Shown here one piece after another: positions 17,816 to 26,040 of a DNA stretch of 64,000 bases. The notes under the pieces were generated by a model. It did not search any database. It saw only the letters and a list, made by a program, of their open reading frames with translations, and was not told where the DNA came from. A program made the translations under genes and the position numbers. Source of the stretch: Mesorhizobium sp. (lineage in GTDB: Bacteria > Pseudomonadota > Alphaproteobacteria > Rhizobiales > Rhizobiaceae); assembly GCF_004963255.1 (NCBI RefSeq), contig NZ_SUGA01000032.1:286-64285 (forward strand), written 5' to 3'. Every line of letters begins with the position of its first letter. Position 1 is the first letter of the stretch.

Positions 17816-19185
17816 AACTGAAATATTTGTGGTGCTGTTCCCAAACCATCCTTCAAGAGATTTTTCGACTGCGGTAGCTTTTTGCTGAAATCGATAGAAG
17901 GAGCCTTCGGACTCCCTGGCGGCGGCTTCATCTGTTCTGATGGGACCTCCTTCAAGTCAACCCGCAAATTGGAATTGTCGTCCGCGGATTGGGACGCCGG
18001 GTCAGATGTTCCAGAAGGAACGCCCGGACGCTCTGGCGGCGGATCTATCTGCTCCGGCAGCACCTGCGTCAGTTCAACCGGCGCATCAAAATTGTCATTG
18101 GCAAGCCCGGACGCGGATACCAGGGAACCACTGTCGGCAGCGACCGGAGAGTCACCAGCCGCAAGGGTCTCGGAGGATTGCGCAGGCGCCCGCGTCGAAG
18201 GCGACGCATCCTGGCTCTCAAAGGGTGCCTTTGAGGGCAACCCAAAGCGCTTGTCGAAATCATCCTGCCCAAGCGGGGTTACCTTCTGCGTCTGCCCGCC
18301 AAGCAATCCAGCCTCGGCAAACTGCTGCTTGACCGCCGCCTTGACGACCGGATCCGTCGTTCCGGAAAGCAGGCCGTTCATCCCGGCCCACATGTCTTGC
18401 GGCGGCATTCCGCCGAGCTCTTTCAGCACCGATCGCGGCACGGGCTCAGCGTTCTCGATGCCGAGATAGCGCTGCGTGGCGATGGTGAGGGCCAGCGCGT
18501 TCCGGACCGCGGCGGGGTCGCGCCAGCCCTGGGCCGCCGCGGCGCGCCAGGCCTCGTTCGCCTGCGGAAACGCCTTGACGGCCTCGCCGGCAGGATCGTT
18601 CTGCCTGGCTTCCAGCACGTGTTGGGCGGCAGCGGCGGTTATCCGGTAGCGCGACTGGCCCTCCGGCGAATTCGCCGCGCCGACGGCTGCGTCCAGCAGC
18701 TGGCTGTTTATGTCCCGGGCCGGCATGACACGCATGTCGAAGGCCTGCTTGCCCGTCCCCACGCTCTGGTCGAACTTCGCCAGTTGCCGGCGGCCTTCCT
18801 CGACGCCGAAGACATAGGCGAAGTCCTCGGGCTTGGGCATCACGCCGGCATAGCTGCCGGTGTCCGCAAAAGCCTTCGGGGCGTTCTGAAAGGCCAGAGA
18901 GATATTGGCGCGCGCGCCGACCAGCTGGGAGACATTGGCGGCGCGCGCACGCCGGGCAAGAGCGCCGGCGGAGCCCGGCGTGAGATCGGCAAGCACGGCG
19001 GCGAGCGGCCGATCCTTGTCCGTCAGGGCATCGACCGGCCGGTCCTTCGCCAGCGCCTGTTTCACCCTGTCATAGAGCGGCGCGAGATCGGCGGACTGGT
19101 CGCTGGCGCCGGCATTCTCGCCGGTGCCTTCGGTCTGGTCGTCGGCGCTATCCAGGAGCGTTCCGTCGCCGATCTTACGATCCAT
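17731..19185 (-). CDS. Polymorphic toxin 3 carrier (D2 + Pro-rich linker), frameshifted before the amidase tip
   Basis: LADLTPGSAGAL...GSYAGVMPKPEDFAYVFGVEEG aligns with toxin 1 ITYLKPGDIAAL...GKYPEEEPTAQDFVQVYGADLG. Confidence 0.7.
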   Translation of the reverse strand: MDRKIGDGTLLDSADDQTEGTGENAGASDQSADLAPLYDRVKQALAKDRPVDALTDKDRPLAAVLADLTPGSAGALARRARAANVSQLVGARANISLAFQNAPKAFADTGSYAGVMPKPEDFAYVFGVEEGRRQLAKFDQSVGTGKQAFDMRVMPARDINSQLLDAAVGAANSPEGQSRYRITAAAAQHVLEARQNDPAGEAVKAFPQANEAWRAAAAQGWRDPAAVRNALALTIATQRYLGIENAEPVPRSVLKELGGMPPQDMWAGMNGLLSGTTDPVVKAAVKQQFAEAGLLGGQTQKVTPLGQDDFDKRFGLPSKAPFESQDASPSTRAPAQSSETLAAGDSPVAADSGSLVSASGLANDNFDAPVELTQVLPEQIDPPPERPGVPSGTSDPASQSADDNSNLRVDLKEVPSEQMKPPPGSPKAPSIDFSKKLPQSKNLLKDGLGTAPQIFQFCRKTSRRGLNPTQKFWEKVSAMANASR

Positions 19186-19246
19186 TGTTTTGACCCTTGT
19201 AACTCTGGGATGAGTGCGAGGTGCCCTGCTCGGCTCGCCGAACACG

Positions 19247-19468
19247 CTATTCGGCGGCCGCCGCAGATTGTATGGCGATGGCCGCGTCGGTCAGCTGTTT
19301 GAACTCTTCCAGTTTCATTGGATAGTACTGGTAGTTGCCACTGGCCATGCCTGCCAGCACTACGTATTTGCGGCCTTGGCTATCGCGCTTCAAACGCAGG
19401 GAAATCGTGCATTGGCGGTCCATAATTGGCGTGTCGATCCGTTGGATGACCTTGCCAGTGATCGCCAT
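19247..19468 (-). CDS. Small hypothetical protein
   Basis: 73 aa, lower GC, between the terL fragment and toxin 3. Confidence 0.45.
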   Translation of the reverse strand: MAITGKVIQRIDTPIMDRQCTISLRLKRDSQGRKYVVLAGMASGNYQYYPMKLEEFKQLTDAAIAIQSAAAAE

Positions 19469-19562
19469 CTTGATAGAGCGGAAAATCGTCAAGAAGTTCA
19501 TGCGGTCTGCCCCAAGCTCGATGAACTTTACCGCGCGAGTTCCGCCTTGTCGCCTTCACCAT

Positions 19563-19999
19563 CTCACCTGAAAGCTCCCAGCGGATCGCTCTGCCCACCT
19601 GGCGCCGCGCCGCCTTGAACTCCGCCGGATCGACGATCGCCTCGCGCAGCATCATCACGCCGTAGCGCGTCGCGGCCATGAGATCGTCGCGCAGCTTCAC
19701 CACCTGGCCGTTCTTGCGATGGTAGAGGCGGAATTCCTCGAACCAGGCGGCTAAGGTCGAAAACACCTTGAAGCGGCCGGACTGCATGCGGTCGAGCATG
19801 TCCATTAGGCCGGCCTCGACCGAGACGGAGCCGTCGGCGAAACGGGCGTGGCCGGTCAGCATGTTCAGCCCAGGCGCGGCATATTGCTTCGCCAGCGCCA
19901 CGCCGGCGCCTTCCAGCGTCTCGCGCCGGCCGTCGCGCGGCCAGGCGAAGGGCAGCCATTCGCCCCAAGCCTTCAGCGCCACCGCCTGCATAGCGGGCG
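19563..19999 (-). pseudogene. Duplicated 3' fragment of terL with a 1-nt deletion
   Basis: Near-identical direct repeat of 22735-23172 (437 vs 438 bp); no 5' half. Confidence 0.9.
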
Positions 20000-20395
20000 A
20001 CCAATGGTCGAAACAGACAGTCGATCTCCGCCCGATCTCCGGGGCGCAGATTAGCGGCAATGTTGGAGAGGTCCCGCCGGCGTGGCGGGGACGACGCGAA
20101 TGGGCATTCAGAGATATTCAGAATCGCACGGATGTCGAGTCGACGAAGCCGACGATGATGGCACTCAGACTAGTTGGACGGCCCACGGTTGGTGTCGATT
20201 GAAGCTGCAAGGCGGCACGACCTGCAAGGGCCAATCGACGAACAATCGTGTTGCTTGATGCACACCCATACGTCGGCGTCACCATCAGCGTGTGGCAGTA
20301 ACTCAGGCGGATAGGTGATAACTTTCCCCTGGGGAAGACTCATGGTGTCTGCTCCGGTATAGTTCGTATCCCGAATCACCCAAGGAGCTGCCGCT

Positions 20396-20629
20396 ATGGC
20401 ACGGGTTCAATACTTTGTTGTCCTCCACGAAAATGAATGGAAGGTTACTTTGGACGGGAAGCACTATGGCCCGTACGCCACCCAAGCACTCGCGATAAAA
20501 GCAGCCGTCGATGCGGCTCATAGCACTGGAAAGAAGGGCACCGACGCCCAAGTTCTTGTGCAAGGAACGAACAATCAGTTCCGGACTGAGTGGACATATG
20601 GCAATGATCCCTATCCGCCGAAGGGATAG
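20396..20629 (+). CDS. DUF2188 family protein
   Basis: YFVVLHENEWKV...YATQALAIKAAVDAA...RTEWTYGNDPYPPKG pattern; GGAG RBS. Confidence 0.75.
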   Translation: MARVQYFVVLHENEWKVTLDGKHYGPYATQALAIKAAVDAAHSTGKKGTDAQVLVQGTNNQFRTEWTYGNDPYPPKG

Positions 20630-20966
20630 GTTTGGACTGTTTGCCTTCCAAGGCGGCCCAGAAAGCCGCCTTTTTTCGTTTGCCGAAGATCGCGTAGATT
20701 GGGCAGATAGCCACCTGCTGAGCAGCAACTCTCAGTCTGTCATATTGGTTTGCCGCATCACACTTGCGAAGTGAGCGCCAAGAGCCCCGGCGACCAGTGG
20801 CCGGCCTGCGGTCGCCAAGGTGCAGATTGGCGGTGATGTAGGAGAGATTCAATAGGATGCCGGAACAATGGATTTGGCATCACGCACCCATTGTCGAAAA
20901 CCGACACTTTCTGGTTTGGCCACCAACAGCGAGGATCGGCTAGAAACAATCTCAAGAAGCAGACTT

Positions 20967-21713
20967 TTATCTAGCCTTTTCAAACTCCACAAAGGGTTGA
21001 TGGACTTCTGATTGCATAACCTGAAAACCGCTAGGAACCACCGATTCAAATCGGCACAGCAGCCGAAGCTGAATTGGTGCGTCTTGATTGGTTCGAACCA
21101 CCTTGATCCTCGCACTGGCGCAAGACTTCTTGTCGATGAGAAGACGCTTAATGTCCTCGGCATAAAACGTTGGGATGTACCCGACCAAGATCGTGTCATC
21201 TTCGCCACGAAGGGCCACAGCACAAGGGTCCACAGGGTTTTGGACATCCAGCAGAGGCAACAACCTTCCGCCAATCTCCAACTTCTTTGACCAATCCAAG
21301 ACGTCTTTGTGCATATGTCGCATGGCATGGACAAAGAATTCGAGTTCATAGCGGCCGTCCGCGACGGCCGGTTCGGGGTACATCAAAATTGAATCTGTTC
21401 CTGGAATTAATCCAAATTTCGACAACAGCTCGAATTCGTTCCCCATTTCGCGAACGTTGAGCCAATGCGCCATCTTTTCAAAATCCCCCCTGCTCCGAGA
21501 AGGGATTCTGTTTGTAAACAGAGGAATTAATTCTTCAAACCGATATTGAAATTTTGGATCCATACGGAAAAGATCAAAAGGAATTGTTCTTAGATATTTT
21601 ACGCCCTTCGTAAAAACAAAGTAGTATGCGTCTTTCTCTTTAGTCAACCGCCCAATTGTATGCCATTTGCGAGTAGCGTCATCCTGCCACGCCACGAAAA
21701 TACGATTAGACAT
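20967..21713 (-). CDS. HIRAN-domain protein, partner of the HipA-like kinase
   Basis: N-terminal IFVAWQD...WHTIGRL...LFTNRIPSRSR; C-terminal NPVDPCAVAL...VGYIP HIRAN-like motif; overlaps the kinase stop; low GC. Confidence 0.75.
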   Translation of the reverse strand: MSNRIFVAWQDDATRKWHTIGRLTKEKDAYYFVFTKGVKYLRTIPFDLFRMDPKFQYRFEELIPLFTNRIPSRSRGDFEKMAHWLNVREMGNEFELLSKFGLIPGTDSILMYPEPAVADGRYELEFFVHAMRHMHKDVLDWSKKLEIGGRLLPLLDVQNPVDPCAVALRGEDDTILVGYIPTFYAEDIKRLLIDKKSCASARIKVVRTNQDAPIQLRLLCRFESVVPSGFQVMQSEVHQPFVEFEKAR

Positions 21714-22635
21714 TTGTGGCTCCCAAAATCATTGCCTGATTGGCACACAACATACGAATCGCGAAACGGGCTGCCCCTTCGTCAATCCATTCTTCGCCAA
21801 TCTGTCCAAAGACCTTGCTGAACGCCTCCTCAGAAAGCTCGCCGATGCGGGTCGCCCAAAACTGAGTAGCCTCGGGGTACACTTTGACCAATTCGTCGAC
21901 CAACTCACAGAGGTGCAGGGTGCCAGGCGTATTGCTACCGAAGAAGGCGGACTTACCGCGCTCCGCATAAGCCTCAACCGTCGCACGGTGATCTTTGGTA
22001 GTAAGTCTCATTGACCGCTTCTCAGCAGGCTCATTTCTACCGAGGGACGACGCATGATCAAAACTCGGCGCTAGATGAACGGAAATATTTTCCTTTTCGA
22101 CATTTACAACTACGCCCCAGTTCTCATGATGTCTGTCGGTGTTTCCGATCAATGCATCAAATAAAAGGTAGCCTACAAATACCTCCGTGGCCGACAAATT
22201 CTTGAGTTCCTCTTCCCATCCCACCGGCTTTCGAAGTCCTCGAAGCCGTTTTATCAGGTTCAGCACATGGCCGATCTTGTAGTCGATCTGTTGAAACCTT
22301 TTGTTCCCATCGTAACCGTCTACTACTCGCGCAAGCAGCATGTTACCCGGAATGAACTGTGCCGCATCTGGCATGAAACGCTCAGACACAACTCCTTTTA
22401 CGTCACCGATACGAGCGAAATCATACGAAGCGCATGGAATGCCCAGCAGCTTGCAAAGCTCAAAGGACACTTTTTCCGCCCAATTTTCTCCAGTATTGGG
22501 CCGACCTATCTTAAAGAGGTGCGGCCGCCGAACCAACTCGTGGCCCTCGCTGGGAAGCACCCAAGTCTTCTCTTTTGTGCCGAGACTCTCCGGACGCTGA
22601 GAAACGAAGTCGCTGATGTTGTAGACTGGAAACAC
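21706..22635 (-). CDS. HipA-like (CtkA-type) Ser/Thr kinase
   Basis: SLGTKEK, LFK...GENWAEKV, DALIGNTDRHHENWG and LAPSFDHASSL motifs; low GC. Confidence 0.85.
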   Translation of the reverse strand: MFPVYNISDFVSQRPESLGTKEKTWVLPSEGHELVRRPHLFKIGRPNTGENWAEKVSFELCKLLGIPCASYDFARIGDVKGVVSERFMPDAAQFIPGNMLLARVVDGYDGNKRFQQIDYKIGHVLNLIKRLRGLRKPVGWEEELKNLSATEVFVGYLLFDALIGNTDRHHENWGVVVNVEKENISVHLAPSFDHASSLGRNEPAEKRSMRLTTKDHRATVEAYAERGKSAFFGSNTPGTLHLCELVDELVKVYPEATQFWATRIGELSEEAFSKVFGQIGEEWIDEGAARFAIRMLCANQAMILGATNV

Positions 22636-22735
22636 GCGCTAAGCGCCCTAACCTACAGAACAATACGCTGAATCGGCCACCTTGTGTCAACGGTGCATTT
22701 AATGACTGCTGCCATCCTAGTGACGCAGAGTTCGC

Positions 22736-23491
22736 TCACCTGAAAGCTCCCAGCGGGTCGCTTTGCCCCGCCGGACGCCGCGCCGCCTTGAACTCCGCCG
22801 GATCGACCACCGCATCCCTCAGCATCATCACGCCGTAGCGCGTGGCGGCCATCAAATCGTCGCGCAGCTTCACCACCTGGCCGTTCTTGCGATGGTAGAG
22901 GCGGAATTCCTCGAACCAGGCGGCCAAGGTCGAAAACGCCTTGAAGCGGCCGGACTGCATGCGGTCGAGCATGTCCATCAGGCCGGCCTCGACCGAGACG
23001 GAGCCGTCGGCGAAACGGGCGTGGCCGGTCAGCATGTTCAGCCCATGCGCGGCATATTGCTTCGCCAGCGCCACGCCGGCGCCTTCCAGCGTCTCGCGGC
23101 GGCCGTCGCGCGGCCAGGCGAAGGGCAGCCATTCGCCCCAGGCCTTCAGCGCCAGCGCCTGCATGGCGGGCGTCTGCTGGGAGGCGCGGTGCGCCTTGGT
23201 CACATAGACGACATCGGCCTCGGTATCCCAGGCAAGCTCGACCGCGGCGGAAGGATGGTCCCAGCCGAAATCGAGCGCGCCGACCCGCGGCCACCAGCGC
23301 GGCAATTTGAACGGCTCGCAGGCGATCAACTCCTCCGCCACCGGGAAAATGCGGCCCGAGCCCAGCACCGGAATGCCTTTCGCGCGGGCCTCGCGTTCAT
23401 GCTCGGGATAGGCGGCGATGATTTCGGCGCGCTGCTCAGGCGAATAATGCCCGGCATCGTCGATGGTCATGAAGGTGACGTGGCGGGACAT
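22736..23491 (-). CDS. terL: Terminase large subunit, C-terminal nuclease half
   Basis: GALDFGWDHPSA and DDLMAATRY nuclease-domain motifs; own GGAG RBS before MSRHVTF. Confidence 0.85.
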   Translation of the reverse strand: MSRHVTFMTIDDAGHYSPEQRAEIIAAYPEHEREARAKGIPVLGSGRIFPVAEELIACEPFKLPRWWPRVGALDFGWDHPSAAVELAWDTEADVVYVTKAHRASQQTPAMQALALKAWGEWLPFAWPRDGRRETLEGAGVALAKQYAAHGLNMLTGHARFADGSVSVEAGLMDMLDRMQSGRFKAFSTLAAWFEEFRLYHRKNGQVVKLRDDLMAATRYGVMMLRDAVVDPAEFKAARRPAGQSDPLGAFR

Positions 23492-23502
23492 GGCAACTCC
23501 AG

Positions 23503-23670
23503 TTCCTCGCCCCGCGAGAGCGGGGAGAGGTGGCGCGGCGAAGCCGCGACGGAGAGGGGATGGCGCCGGCTTTGACCAGGGACGGGAGGCCATTCGCCAA
23601 GCGCTCTACGAAGGCCCCTTTCCGGCCGCTGCGCGGCCACCTCTCCCCCCGCTTCGCGCGGGGCGAGGAA
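23503..23670. repeat. REP/RIME-like palindromic repeat inside split terL
   Basis: ttcctcgcccc...ggggcgaggaa outer arms with ggggagaggtggcgcggcgaagccgcgacggag internal arm. Confidence 0.75.
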
Positions 23671-23674
23671 AAGG

Positions 23675-24028
23675 TCAGCCCTTGTACCCTTCGTTGACGC
23701 AGTCGTTCTTCCAGGCCCAGTCGAAGTCGGCCTGCGACATGGGCGAGCCGAGGCCCGGTTCGACATAGGGCCCGGCGCCGTCGATGTAGACGATGAAGCG
23801 CGTTTGCTTGGTGAAGATGCCGACCTTGCTTATGACGACGCCGCAGGTCTGTCCGGTCGCGCTGTCGCCGGTGAGATCGACATGGGAGAAGGTTGCCTCC
23901 GGATTATTGACCAGGCCACGCATCCTGGCTTCCGCCGAAGCGATCGCATCGGCGCGCCAGTCGCCGCTGGAGCCGGAGCAGGCCGAGAGCAGCGCGCAGA
24001 GAAAAAGCAGTTCTGGCAGGGGTCGCAT
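23675..24028 (-). CDS. Lipoprotein inserted between the terL halves
   Basis: MRPLPELLFLCALLSAC lipobox; 117 aa; bracketed by two related palindromic repeats. Confidence 0.75.
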   Translation of the reverse strand: MRPLPELLFLCALLSACSGSSGDWRADAIASAEARMRGLVNNPEATFSHVDLTGDSATGQTCGVVISKVGIFTKQTRFIVYIDGAGPYVEPGLGSPMSQADFDWAWKNDCVNEGYKG

Positions 24029-24120
24029 GTCGGCTCCGGATCGGCCGGAAGCTACTCGACCTCCGGTTGCGGCCAAAGCGGCATCGCAAATCATGGTTTC
24101 GGTGTGGTTTCGTGAAGCGC

Positions 24121-24290
24121 TCTTTCCTCGGCCCACGCAAGTGGGGAGAGGTGGCGCGGCGAAGCCGCGACGGAGCGGGGGCAGCGCCGGCTTTTGATGC
24201 AAGAGCGGAAAGCTGCTCGTTAAGCTTGTCGCTCTAGGACATCCCCCTCTCCGGCCGCTGCGCGACCACCCCACCTTGCGGGGGCGAAGA
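24121..24290. repeat. REP/RIME-like palindromic repeat providing the terL-N stop codon
   Basis: Same arm sequence as 23503-23670; the TerL-N ORF ends inside it at 24234. Confidence 0.75.
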
Positions 24291-24968
24291 ACCCAAGTTC
24301 TGAACCGCTTCAGCCGACAAAAACCTCAGCACCACATCGCTCATGCCGAGCAGCGGCGTGAAGGTCACGATGGTTATGCCGTCGGTGGCATTGGTGCGGG
24401 TCAGCCCCTCGGAATAAATGTCCAGCGGCGGCTCCTCGTCGAACCACACGCCGTGCAGCGTCTCGCCCTGCCATTTCTCGCGGCCCTTTTCGTAGCTCTT
24501 GAAGGAGAGCACGCTTTCACCGGCCTGGACGTCGCCACCGCCGCCCCAGCGCACGATGACGCTGTCCAACGCTCCGGGCGTACCGCGGCCCATCACCGTG
24601 CCGGCGATGGCATTGGCCGGGATCATGCCGGTGCCCCATTCGTCCTGCTGCTGCGGCGGGCCGACCAGCACGCGCTGCGGATTGTCGCGCGTGCCTTCGC
24701 CGGTGACGCCGGCGGCCCAGAGCCTGACGGGCTGATCGAACACCTTGCCCGCCCACCAGTCGGGATAGCGGCCGGTGAGGTGCATGGCCCATTCCGCGCC
24801 CCCTGCCCTGGTCTTGCCGAGCTGGTTGCCGGCCATGAACAGGCGCTCGCGGTGGGTCGCGCCCGCCGTGTGAAAGGCGGCCTGCCTTTCGTATGGCGCG
24901 TAGGCGGCGAGAAGATTACGGCGCCGCCTTCGGTCCAATTCCTCGAGCAGCGCCAGATAGGTCTGCAT
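24234..24968 (-). CDS. terL: Terminase large subunit, N-terminal ATPase half
   Basis: Walker A FMAGNQLGKT, Walker B WFDEEPP and TFTPLLG coupling motif. Confidence 0.9.
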   Translation of the reverse strand: MQTYLALLEELDRRRRRNLLAAYAPYERQAAFHTAGATHRERLFMAGNQLGKTRAGGAEWAMHLTGRYPDWWAGKVFDQPVRLWAAGVTGEGTRDNPQRVLVGPPQQQDEWGTGMIPANAIAGTVMGRGTPGALDSVIVRWGGGGDVQAGESVLSFKSYEKGREKWQGETLHGVWFDEEPPLDIYSEGLTRTNATDGITIVTFTPLLGMSDVVLRFLSAEAVQNLGSSPPQGGVVAQRPERGMS

Positions 24969-25329
24969 CGCCGTCGAGGAGCGGCCGAAGGCTCGCCTCG
25001 AGACCACGGATGCGGCTTCGGATCTCCTCATCGCTCAGTTGCTCGAGAGTGGTTTTATCGGCATCGAAACTTTCCGAGCTGGCCGCAAAATCCTTGGGCA
25101 GCAGCGTCAGCACGACCTTGAGATACTGGTCGGGCTTTTCGGCCCTGACCGCCGCGATGACGCCGGCGCCATGAGCGCTGAAATCGGCGCGAAGGGCGGC
25201 GGCGAAGTCATCGACGAGCGTCTTTCGCGGTCGTTTGCGGCAGGCGGCGGCTTGAACCGGTGCGGACCTCGCTCGCTTCGCGCCGGCGGGCTTGCGGCTC
25301 GCGGCCTTGTCGGCGTCAGGCCTGGGCAT
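24916..25329 (-). CDS. Terminase small subunit-like protein
   Basis: ADFSAHGAGVIAAVRAEKPDQYLKVVLTLLPKD and LEQLSDEEIR patterns; overlaps the terL start. Confidence 0.6.
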   Translation of the reverse strand: MPRPDADKAASRKPAGAKRARSAPVQAAACRKRPRKTLVDDFAAALRADFSAHGAGVIAAVRAEKPDQYLKVVLTLLPKDFAASSESFDADKTTLEQLSDEEIRSRIRGLEASLRPLLDGDADLSGAARGIGPKAAP

Positions 25330-25672
25330 CGGACGGTGTCGCTTTCGCTTGTCTTGCCTTGCGCGGCTTGCGCGCCGGCTTCTTGCGCGGCCTGGCGCGC
25401 CTCGGAGGCTCGCCATCGACGGCCGGCGCGGCAATCGCCTTCAGCTTCGCTGTCGCGGCACGGACCACCGAGGCATCGAGGCCCCAGCGCGGGAAGCCGA
25501 AACCGGCGACCGCGTCGACCGGTCCGCCGCGCACCATGCCGATGCGCACGCCGGGCGGAACCTGCTCGACGCGCCCAGTGCGGCGTGGCGGGTCCGCGCC
25601 TTCGAACGCGCCGATGGCGCTGACGATCTCGGCGCCGTCATCGGCGGTGATGATGGTGGCATAGCGTGGCAT
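25316..25672 (-). CDS. Hypothetical protein, first gene of the terminase operon
   Basis: GAGG RBS, MPRYATIITADDG..., basic tail; overlaps the TerS-like start. Confidence 0.55.
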   Translation of the reverse strand: MPRYATIITADDGAEIVSAIGAFEGADPPRRTGRVEQVPPGVRIGMVRGGPVDAVAGFGFPRWGLDASVVRAATAKLKAIAAPAVDGEPPRRARPRKKPARKPRKARQAKATPSDAQA

Positions 25673-25738
25673 GGAGCCTCGGGGCAGAATGGTGAGGCCG
25701 CGCTCCATCGCGCCAGCGCTCGAAAGAAATGGATGGCC

Positions 25739-25772
25739 AAAAAACAAAACCCGCCTCGCGGCGGGTCGTTGG
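25739..25772 (-). terminator. Intrinsic terminator-like hairpin upstream of the terminase operon
   Basis: Minus strand acccgcc-gcga-ggcgggt followed by tttgtttttt. Confidence 0.5.
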
Positions 25773-25947
25773 CGCAAATCAGCACCATGGACAAAATAGT
25801 AGCATAGCTGCCCTCACCAGGCAAGAGGTTGCAGGCATATTTTCCTATCCTCCTGAGGCCAGCCTTTGTCCCAGACCTGCTGACAAAAAACCCGATGCGC
25901 CACAGCCAGGGATTGAACCGCAGGCAAAAGCCGCGCGAGTTTTTGTC

Positions 25948-25972
25948 GGAACCAACCGTGGTCCGACGGGTT
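25948..25972 (+). promoter_or_regulatory. EcfG-type promoter motif
   Basis: GGAAC-N16-GGTT upstream of 26041. Confidence 0.6.
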
Positions 25973-26040
25973 CCACCCTCAGTCGCAGACGCGACAGACC
26001 CTGCAACAGACGAACCGTCTCGAAACAGAGGAGAAGAATC

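Noticed and set aside
17860-17890. Programmed -1 frameshift signal
   Set aside because: C-AAA-AAG is not the canonical A-AAA-AAG and no stimulatory structure was verified; kept only as a hypothesis.
20060-20960. Several short ORFs around DUF2188, including a Cys-rich one at 20170-20343
   Set aside because: No recognisable motifs or RBS support; possibly decayed fragments.
1-25700. Complete prophage, GTA, MuF system or T6SS cluster
   Set aside because: No capsid, tail, integrase, MuF, Hcp, VgrG or PAAR gene recognised within the window; genes beyond the left edge cannot be excluded.
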